Shown: positions 1 to 6,878 of the stretch, one piece after another
Layout of the letters: each line of letters begins with the position of its first letter
Position numbering within the stretch: the stretch's first letter is position 1
Origin: Amoeboradix gromovi X-113
Lineage: Eukaryota; Fungi; Sanchytriomycota
Length of the DNA stretch: 6,878 nucleotides
Assembly (NCBI GenBank): GCA_018985225.1
Contig: JADGIF010000540.1
Coordinates: forward strand, 1-6,878
Reading direction: 5' to 3'
Program-made: the position numbers and the translations under genes
Notes under the pieces: model-generated
Told to the model about the DNA's origin: nothing
Database searches by the model: none
The model's input: only the letters and a program-made list of their open reading frames with translations

Positions 1-200
1 TCGCAACTGTTCTATTACTATCTTGCGCGTACCAATCAGAAATTTCTTGTCTATGGAATGAAGACGCTGGAATCTTCCGGCCTCATACAAAGTGATGATG
101 GAAGCTGGTCTTATTTTTTATTTTTTCAGTATGACAGGCCCCTCACGATCATTATTGGCCCAATCGTCTTCAAAAGAGCCCCCACGACCCCCAGAGGCAA

Positions 201-836
201 ATGACTGTTGCTGCCCAATTGAAGATCAAAAACGCGTTTAACATCGTAGCTGAGAACATGAAATCTATATCAGAGCAGATGAATGTCATTGGTGATCTTA
301 TGGAAACCGGTGAAGTCACGCTGTCTTCAGCAAGAAGTGCAAGTAAATCTAAAAAGGCAAAGGTAGCAAGAGATCCCGATGCACCAAAACAACCAATGAC
401 ATCCTACTTCCTATTTTCTAAAGACATTAGACCCCAGTTGAAAGAGCGTATGCCAGAAGCAAAGTCAAACGAACTTGCAGTGCAAATGGGAGCAATTTGG
501 AGAGGAATGTCAGCAGAAGAGAAAAAGCCGTATGTCGAACAGGCTACTCTAGCTCAGAAGGCCTATATGACTGAATTAGAAGCCTACAAGGAAGGCAAAA
601 AAGAGCATGTTGCCGCACCTGAAGATCTTCATTTGTCGTCTTCAAGCGATCATGAAAATCACTCTCCTGTCTCTGATGTAATCATGTCCACTCCTAAATC
701 AGCAACCAAGAGACCTCACGACTCCCATGAAAATAAAGATTCATTGAAGAAAGATGACGCGAGTGAAAATCCAAAGAAAAAGAAAAAGAAATCCAAAAAA
801 GATAAATCCAATTTGGACTCTGCGGCTTCTAGCTAA
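201..836 (+). CDS. HMG-box chromatin protein, HMGB type, Hmo1-like architecture (211 aa)
   Basis: Single HMGB-type box RDPDAPKQPMTSYFLFSKDIRPQLKERMPEAKSNELAVQMGAIWRGMSAEEKKPYVEQA. N-terminal amphipathic helix and Lys-rich tail KKKKKKSKKDKSN resemble yeast Hmo1. AATAAA (835-840) overlaps the TAA stop. Confidence 0.9.
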   Translation: MTVAAQLKIKNAFNIVAENMKSISEQMNVIGDLMETGEVTLSSARSASKSKKAKVARDPDAPKQPMTSYFLFSKDIRPQLKERMPEAKSNELAVQMGAIWRGMSAEEKKPYVEQATLAQKAYMTELEAYKEGKKEHVAAPEDLHLSSSSDHENHSPVSDVIMSTPKSATKRPHDSHENKDSLKKDDASENPKKKKKKSKKDKSNLDSAASS

Positions 837-840
837 TAAA
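835..840 (+). terminator. Polyadenylation signal AATAAA overlapping the HMG gene stop codon
   Basis: AGC TAA TAAA TAAAT; next gene starts 62 bp downstream. Confidence 0.55.
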
Positions 841-898
841 TAAATATGAATTATTTTAATTCTGAAATTTTAATTTTCTAGATCTTTAGAAACGCCCC

Positions 899-2263
899 AT
901 GTATATTCATTCGAATGACGGCGTTGAGATTTTTGACAACAAGAAATTGGTCATGCAGGCAAATGCTGCAGAGGTATGCCAAATACATACTTCAATTTCT
1001 CAATCGCAAGATAGAAAAGTAATTATTAACAATGAATTGGTGGATTGTTTTGGAGATGTGCGAAGTACTAAACATGACTTCACTGTGATAGACACGATGA
1101 GTAATATTAAAGTATTCAAGGGCAACAAGCTTTGGATGGATATTCAAGGTAAAAGGGCGGACCAAATAGAAATTGCTAAAGATTCAATTTTTCATTTGCG
1201 TAACAACACAGTAACCTCTTATTCGGAGAATAGCAAGCATTCAGTGACACTACATGGATTAAATAGAATATCTCTGTCTCCGGATGAGCAGTATATTTGT
1301 TTATTTATCAAAAAGAAAAATGGCCCATCATTTGCTAAGCTCTGCCATGTTTCTAATCTCAAGTCCTTTCTTTCTTCAGTCACGCTAATGACAGTGCAAT
1401 ACATTGATTTCTACTGGTGCCAAGATCATTGTATAATTCAAGCCATTAATGAAAGTGGCGGCGGCTATTATGGTAACTCATGGCTTTACATGCTTAACTG
1501 CCAAGGTTTTAATTGTAGGATAAACTTATCTAAAGAGGGTCCTATTCATTTTGTAAACTGGGACCAAACTAACAAACAGTTTTGTGTGGTTTATGGCTTT
1601 ATGCCTGCTCAGATTGATGTTTTCAACGTCAAGTGTGATGTAGTTTATTCTTTTGCACCAGACCATGTTAATTATTGCAAATATTCACATAATGGTCAAT
1701 TTCTAGCAATTTGTGGATTTGGCAATATGCCTGGAGATTGTTGCATTTACAATACCCAAGATTACAAAGTTATTGGCAAATTTAGAGCATCATTGACCAG
1801 TGAATTATACTTTTCCAATGATAATCAGTTCATAATTACTGCTACGTTTTACAGAAGATTGAAAGTAGACAATGGGTTTTCTGTTTGGCACCCTTCTGGT
1901 GCTAAAATCCAACATTTTCATAAGTCTCAGTTATATGCCATTTTTGAGCACATAAACCCAGACAATTTTGTAATAAAGTTGAACCCGCCCCCTAAAAATG
2001 CCATTGTATCTAAAACTACCAAAGCCGTAAAATATGTTCCACCATCAATGCGTAGTGCTAACACTCCAAAGGTAACTGACCCTGACAGTAAAAAGATAAA
2101 GGTTTTGCGTAAGAAAATTAAAGATATCGAAGCATTAAAATCTAGATCTTTAAATGATGGTTTGAAGCTAGACCAGCAGCAACTAACAAAGATTAGCAAA
2201 TTGGATGAATTGCAGTCTGAGTTAAAGAAACTAATGGACAACAAGGAACTCAATGACCAGTGA
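899..2263 (+). CDS. EIF2A: Eukaryotic translation initiation factor 2A (beta-propeller), 454 aa, apparently intronless
   Basis: eIF2A motifs YYG, KEGPIH, FCVVYGFMPA, GFGNMPG, TATxxxRLKVDNG, KYVPPSMR and C-terminal coil KKIKVLRKKIKDIEALK...LDQQQLTKI. Confidence 0.92.
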   Translation: MYIHSNDGVEIFDNKKLVMQANAAEVCQIHTSISQSQDRKVIINNELVDCFGDVRSTKHDFTVIDTMSNIKVFKGNKLWMDIQGKRADQIEIAKDSIFHLRNNTVTSYSENSKHSVTLHGLNRISLSPDEQYICLFIKKKNGPSFAKLCHVSNLKSFLSSVTLMTVQYIDFYWCQDHCIIQAINESGGGYYGNSWLYMLNCQGFNCRINLSKEGPIHFVNWDQTNKQFCVVYGFMPAQIDVFNVKCDVVYSFAPDHVNYCKYSHNGQFLAICGFGNMPGDCCIYNTQDYKVIGKFRASLTSELYFSNDNQFIITATFYRRLKVDNGFSVWHPSGAKIQHFHKSQLYAIFEHINPDNFVIKLNPPPKNAIVSKTTKAVKYVPPSMRSANTPKVTDPDSKKIKVLRKKIKDIEALKSRSLNDGLKLDQQQLTKISKLDELQSELKKLMDNKELNDQ

Positions 2264-2359
2264 ATCTGTAGTAAATACATTATACAATAGTTATCGTCGT
2301 CGTTTCAGCGCAATCCGCCTCTCTTGTGGCCTAGCGACATGTTGCTATAATTATATGTA

Positions 2360-2372
2360 TTTATTGTTTAAT
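2360..2372 (-). terminator. Polyadenylation signals at the SEC63 stop (ATTAAA overlapping the stop, AATAAA 2 nt after it)
   Basis: Minus strand GAT TAA AC AATAAA. Confidence 0.5.
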
Positions 2373-4267
2373 CTTCTTCATCTGTATCACTCGCTTCTAC
2401 GTTATCTTCTTGTTCATTCGCCATGGCCATTCTACCTCTCTTCATCATCTGAATTTGTCCACCCAAGGTATCCTCATCTGGCTCACTAATATCGTCCGGA
2501 ACAGGTGCTTCCGCAGTATCCTCCTCAACCTTCATTTGCACATCCATTCTCATGTCTGATCCTAAATATGTGTCGCTCTTCAAGAATACGCTAAAAGGAT
2601 ACTGACCAACCTGCGGCGGTGCTGCAAATTGGATAATAAGTGTTTTCCTATCTTGAATCCCTGGTATTCTCTTTGCGCTAATTATTTTATTGCTGTATTG
2701 ACTTCCTATAAACAACCACCAATGCACATGTTTCTGCTAAGTTAACTAATAATACCTGAGGAAAGAACGGGGCATGACCTGTTGGTGCATCCTCTGGATC
2801 TTCTAGATTGACAAGGAATGATTCGCCGTCTGCATCATTTAACTGCAAATCATCAACCTCATTCTCTTCGTTGGCTGTATTGCTCTTTTGGTATAGCTCC
2901 CATTCTGCTTTCAGTTCCTCTTTGCTCTTTAAGACACTTACGCTTCTAATTTTTATGGTACAAGTGACTAGCGCGGATGGGGTTATGTTGGTCTCTCCTT
3001 TGACTCTAAAATCAGCACCCTCTAATACCAGTCTAGGATACTTGTTGAGCATATCCATTATGTCAGCATATTCTCGATCTGTAAGCATATTGAACAGCCC
3101 TCTAATATCACCCGCCTCTGCTACATTTGTGATTGTTTTGACACTCTTTCTACGACCCTTTAAAGTCTTCAATGTAGAATGAGACATGTGTGGTAGCTGA
3201 AATAGTGAACTATCATTAGCCCAATTAGCTTGGACTAGAAGTTGAGACAGATCCAAGCATGCAACTACGTTACTCAACCATTGACGGGCAAGTGCAATTT
3301 TAAGCATGGTTTTAGCAACGACCTTATAGAACTGATACACAACAGTATCGTAGTCTTGCTTTGAAATTGAAATGATATTAAATGGGCTAATTCTGAGTAA
3401 CTGACAATGAAACAATAAATACAATAGATATTCGTTCGATTTCTCATCCATTTCACTATACTCTAACAGTTTATGACCACGTATCTCCAGTTGTTGCTGA
3501 ATTTCATCAACTAAAGGTTGCAGTGAGTTTCTATCGATTTTCATTAATATTGCTACACACTCAGGATCATAAACCAAGGACGATGATATCAACAAACAAA
3601 GAGAATTCCAAGATATGTTCTCTGAGAACTGCTTAAATACGTGCTTGGCAACTTTGGTGTGGACACCATCACGAGTCAAGATGGTGGAGGAATACCACCA
3701 ATTGGCTAAAAAAAAGGGTACAGCAACACCTAAAGAAAGCATGTATAGTAATACAACCCAAGGCGAGTAGGTAGTGACAACCCAAGAAGGCAGTGCCAAA
3801 CCCATACTGGAGGCAAAACCGATAGAGCAACCATTTGGGTCACCGCATTCTTCCCAATTACTTCGCATTAATGGATCTAACAGAGTTTGCTTGGCTAGAT
3901 TTATTTGCGTGAACTTGTCATGAATATCTTCAGCTGTAAGGTTCTTATCAGGGTTAAATTGCATACGATCTGGATGCCATTTCAACGACAATTTACGATA
4001 AGCACGTTTGATTTCCTGTTCAGTAATATCATTAATCATGCTGCCTTCAGTAGACATCTCTAATATGTAGAAAGGATCGAAATTCAATTTCAAAGAAGGA
4101 CGCTCTTGGTTAATTATGAACCCAGCTGCCGCAGTAGCTATGCTGAACAAAACAAGAAACCCTTTAAAGTTCTTTTGAACTAGTAGCACTAATGAAATTA
4201 GAAACGTAGCAGTGAACACAAATGATGGAAAGAAGAGCATGTCTTCATCATAATCATAAGAAAGCAT
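2368..4267 (-). CDS. SEC63: ER translocon J-domain protein Sec63; exons 4267-2756 and 2736-2368, about 626 aa
   Basis: N-terminus YDYDE followed by TM segments, J-domain IKRAYRKLSLKWHPDR, GLALPSW motif, Sec63/Brl domain (LFQLPH). After removing intron 2755-2737 the frame reads HAPFFPQ-QKHVHWWLFIG...QFAAPPQVGQY...SDTYLGSD and ends in an acidic tail (DTDEED). Joins track ORFs 2687..4267 and 2368..2727. Confidence 0.93.
2737..2755 (-). other. 19-nt spliceosomal intron in SEC63 (phase 0)
   Basis: Minus strand CAG|GTATTATTAGTTAACTTAG|CAG: GT..AG ends and branch-like GTTAAC directly before TTAG. Removal restores the Sec63 FPxxKxxxWWLxI spacing. Confidence 0.85.
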
Positions 4268-4276
4268 TGTAAAACA

Positions 4277-4300
4277 GGGGAGGGTAAAAATATTAATATA
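4277..4300 (-). promoter_or_regulatory. Candidate core promoter of SEC63: AT-rich tract followed by a C-run
   Basis: Minus strand TATATTAATATTTTTA-CCCTCCCC-TGTTTTACA-ATG. C-runs also precede the HMG (179-192) and eIF2A (895-898) starts. Confidence 0.35.
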
Positions 4301-4334
4301 ATTCGCATATATAAAATTAGATCTTCGACTCCAG

Positions 4335-5194
4335 CGCTCCTATTTACCGTCGTTCAAAGCTTCTGAACCGCAAAAAAACATTCTCGTCTTTCTTTTCATC
4401 AGTTGCAAATCAGCCAAATCATGTCGTACTGAATATGTAAAATCTAAAGAAATTGCTAGTGGATAAAGAAAATGCAATTCCGCACTCAATCTGACCTGAG
4501 ATTTGCATAATACAAGAACTCTAAAGATCAGAAAACAGATTCCTATTCAATTTACAAGACACTCAAGTACTTTTGGTATTCTACATGCATATTTAAAAAA
4601 TCATCTTATATAAGAGACCCTCTTTCTATAAACAAAAAGATGCCCTTGGATGACACGTTTGTGCTCGTATGCTTTAGACTGAGCGTAATTGAAAATTCAT
4701 AAACTAATCATTAGAAGAAAAGAAGAAAAGAAAAAAAGAATAAGGGAATGGAAGAAATATGCACAATAAAAAAACGCTGTGCATTGATTCATCAAATGAA
4801 TGAAGAGTCTAGAGAGGATTGCCAAACCTAGATCTGATTCTCTTACAACTAAATATGTCCTGGTATATCCTAGCGTCATTCAGCACCAGATAGTTGAGAC
4901 ATTTTGGAGTAAAGTAACAACTAATATGGTAATTTGCCCATTAATGATTGCAAGAGCGCTTGTAGAGAAGTGCAAAGTAAGGGGAAAGTGATGGTTGGAT
5001 GTAAGGAAGAATTTACTAGGCAATCATGTAAAAGGTGTGGTACTTGAAGGATAGCTAATTTGGAGATGAACAGCTGTGCGAAAGTTCATTTAGAAGTCAA
5101 AAGACATTATATGACTACAAGGAACATATACTTTTTGCATCCTTATTCCATTCCACGTCAGGGAAGTGGATTAGTGAGTAATCACTTTAACTGA
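4335..5194 (+). pseudogene. Decayed Fanzor2 / IS607-type TnpB (RuvC + zinc finger) RNA-guided endonuclease gene
   Basis: Colinear motif remnants across stops and frameshifts. MQFRTQSD (4472-4495). Weak RuvC-I-like AL(D)..CARML*T (4642-4680). Basic helix RRKEEKKKRIREWKKYAQ*KNAVH*FIK*MKSL (4713-4811). LTTKYVLVYPS...SKVTTNM (4842-4928). AH**LQERL (4936-4962). LVEKCKVRG, then GKVMVGCKEEFTRQSCKRCGT*...NSCAKVHLEVKRHYMTTRNIYF (4982-5134), matching the ExYTSxxCxxCG...CxxC...DRDxNxARNI C-terminus. The 3' half is well supported; the 5' boundary is uncertain. Confidence 0.72.
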
Positions 5195-5290
5195 ATGTCT
5201 AACTTGTCACTTTTTTATGGAGATTCTTTATTTTCTCGTAAATCAGGGCTTTCAATGATAAGTTCAGATTTCTTGTATTTTTACAAAACA
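5143..5290 (+). ncRNA. Putative Fanzor/TnpB omegaRNA (right-end RNA) scaffold
   Basis: Position overlapping and following the 3' end of the nuclease remnant. Hand-found stems: 5147-5154/5162-5170; AGTGA-GTAA-TCACT (5173-5186, GNRA loop); 16-bp stem 5193-5209/5256-5272 enclosing hairpin 5214-5223/5234-5242; TTGTA-TTTT-TACAA (5273-5286). Confidence 0.55.
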
Positions 5291-5297
5291 AGGAACA

Positions 5298-6684
5298 ATG
5301 CAGAGTCCGTTTGCACCAATTCACAGCAGTCCATACAAACCTGGGAACTCTGTGGGAATGCCGGTTAGTTCGCTAAATGCATATTGTGCCTCTCCCTCTG
5401 TGAAAGTGAGATGCACCCAAAAGTCAGATTTACGACCATTTAAGAACGGTAACGGTAAGTTGTTTTCTTGTGTTCTCGTCGATTCAGATGGCGACATAAA
5501 AGCTACTGCGTTTAACGAAGATGCAGATAGACTATATCCTGTTTTAGAAGATGGTAAGATATATCAGGTTAGTAGATTCAGAGTAAAAGCTGCTGATCAA
5601 AGGTACAACAAAACTAGCCATGCTTACGAAATCGCTTTTACTAAAGATACTGAAGCATCGCTATTGGATGATGATAAAATGGATATTCCTACTGCAAAAT
5701 TCAACTTTCTTGCCAATATCTCCAAACTTCAGGATCACAAAGATAGAGACTTTGTAGACATAGTTGCCGCATTATTGGACTATACTGAAGTGTCCACTAT
5801 CACTACCAAACAGAGCAATCAGGAACTAGTGAAAAGAGAGCTTATTTTAGTCGATGATTCTAATTTCAAAGTTAGTTTAACCCTCTGGAATGACAAAGCG
5901 ACCTTATTTACGCCGGACTCTAGCGGTATCACTATTTTGTTATTAAAAAATGTACGTGTAACGGAATATAACGGCAGGTCTCTTAGTACTGCCGGAAACA
6001 CAATCACAATGATAAACGACTTCAGTAATCCTAGAGCTTTGAAATTAAAAGAATGGTTTATTCAAGGAGGAAAAGATGAAGAATTTCATGATTTTGGCAA
6101 CCAAGTAAATGACCTAGATCGACCTACTAAGAAACAAAAAAGAGAAGATTTTATGTGGATTAGTTCTGCTCTAAAAATGCCTATTGAATCTGAGAAGGTA
6201 TTTTCTGCTAATTTAGGGCTATTGGTTTACATTTTCTGGTATTATTTGGGATGTTTCTGCTAAATCTCTTTATTACGCAAGCTGCTCAAGTTGCAAAAAG
6301 AAGGTAAACGAGAACGGAGACAAGTGGACTTGCGATAAGTGTAATATTGACTATGATGAACCCACGTACCGATATGTAGGTACCTTGAATGTTGCAGACT
6401 GTAGTGGCCAGACAAAAGTACAGATATTTGACGACGAAGCCACTAAACTGTTCGGAATAACAGCGAATAAGATGCACGAAGTTGTAAAAGATTTGGACGC
6501 TACAGATAAAATCAGTTACCTAAAGCATTTGACCAACCAGCGTCAATTTATTTTCAAGTGTGTCATCAAGGTGGAAGAGTACAAGGGAGAGAATACAAAG
6601 AGATTGACGATCAAAGAAGTTCAACAAATGGACTATGTAACATACAACAAGAAGCTTGCTTCATTCTTGGAGAGTTACGAATAA
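5298..6684 (+). CDS. RPA1: Replication protein A large subunit (RPA70/Rfa1), short form with DBD-A, DBD-B and DBD-C plus C4 zinc finger; exons 5298-6197 and 6217-6684, about 455 aa
   Basis: DBD-A GKLFSCVLVDSDGDIKATAFNE and DBD-B KRELILVDDSNFKVSLTLW...EYNGRSLST. After splicing, DBD-C reads YYASCSSCKKKV...WTCDKC...PTYRY...VADCSGQ...FDDEATKLFG...EEYKGE. Joins track ORFs 5298..6263 and 6385..6684. Confidence 0.93.
6198..6216 (+). other. 19-nt spliceosomal intron in RPA1 (phase 0)
   Basis: AAG|GTATTTTCTGCTAATTTAG|GGC: GT..AG ends and branch site GCTAAT directly before TTAG. Removal puts the zinc finger (6283-6342) in frame with exon 1. Confidence 0.9.
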
Positions 6685-6691
6685 AAATAAA
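6680..6691 (+). terminator. Tandem AATAAA polyadenylation signals overlapping the RPA1 stop
   Basis: GAA TAA A AATAAA: AATAAA at 6680-6685 and 6686-6691. Confidence 0.55.
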
Positions 6692-6878
6692 TCAGACTAA
6701 AATCATAAAACAAAAGAGACACGCTCTGTAAAAATTCGACTAGCTTTTTGATAAATTTTATTTCATATAAAGGCAGTTTCAAAATATTTTTATCTGATAG
6801 GCTCCTCGTTAAAAGTCTTGATTTCCGAGAAAATCGAGAATTTCCACAGAGAAACTAGCAATGCTAGATGCTCCGTTA

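Larger units (their letters stand above)
4320..5290 (+). mobile_element. Remnant of a Fanzor-carrying (IS607-like) insertion in the SEC63/RPA1 divergent promoter; ends approximate
   Basis: Nuclease remnant plus structured 3' end fill about 970 of the 1030-bp spacer. Removing them leaves a spacer similar to the 62 and 104 bp seen elsewhere. No transposase, TIR or TSD recognised. Confidence 0.5.

Noticed and set aside
1-204. Frame +1 is open from the window edge to TGA 202-204, overlapping the HMG ATG (ATGA); a pyrimidine tract ending in CAG (111-129) resembles a splice acceptor
   Set aside because: No recognisable protein motif, and the possible GT..AG (108-129) does not match the 19-nt intron consensus. 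It cannot be resolved without upstream sequence.
201-836. HMG gene as a Mucorales-type sexP/sexM mating-type locus
   Set aside because: The box is HMGB-type (DPxAPKxP) rather than MATA/SOX-type, and the visible neighbours are not the triose-phosphate transporter and RNA helicase genes.
2687-2755. Programmed frameshift or pseudogenisation to explain the split SEC63 and RPA1 ORFs
   Set aside because: Both breaks contain a GT..branch..AG 19-mer whose removal restores conserved motifs.
1219-3456. Track ORFs 1219-1404, 1927-2280, 2253-2489, 2808-3182 and 3274-3456
   Set aside because: Antisense or off-frame shadows of eIF2A and SEC63 with no motifs.
4697-4991. Track ORFs 4697-4879 (-) and 4800-4991 (+) as independent small genes
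   Set aside because: The + ORF is a fragment of the decayed Fanzor. The - ORF is its antisense shadow, hydrophobic only because of the A/G-rich tract.
4300-5297. Terminal inverted repeats, target-site duplication, serine-recombinase TnpA or CRISPR array associated with the element
   Set aside because: None recognisable by eye; element ends remain approximate.
5819-6477. Track ORFs 5819-6007 (-) and 6286-6477 (-)
   Set aside because: Antisense to RPA1 with no independent support.
6685-6878. Possible neighbouring gene (ATG at 6861 or open minus-strand frames) and the palindrome CTAGCA-A-TGCTAG (6855-6867)
   Set aside because: Truncated by the window edge, no recognisable motif, and a 6-bp palindrome can occur by chance.

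Overview
AT-rich DNA from a very compact eukaryotic genome using the standard code; a reduced early-diverging fungus or relative is my inference. It carries four housekeeping genes: an Hmo1/HMGB-like HMG-box protein (201-836 +), eIF2A (899-2263 +), SEC63 (4267-2368 -) and a short RPA1/RFA1 (5298-6684 +). SEC63 and RPA1 are each split by a 19-nt spliceosomal intron of near-identical design, which explains the broken ORFs in the track. The 1030-bp spacer between the divergent SEC63 and RPA1 starts is far longer than the other two (62 and 104 bp). Translated across stops and frameshifts, it contains a decayed Fanzor2/IS607-TnpB-type RNA-guided nuclease gene (~4335-5194). A strongly base-paired region (~5143-5290) follows, where an omegaRNA scaffold is expected, and ends just before the RPA1 start codon. 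All homology calls rest on motif recognition by eye; no searches were run.
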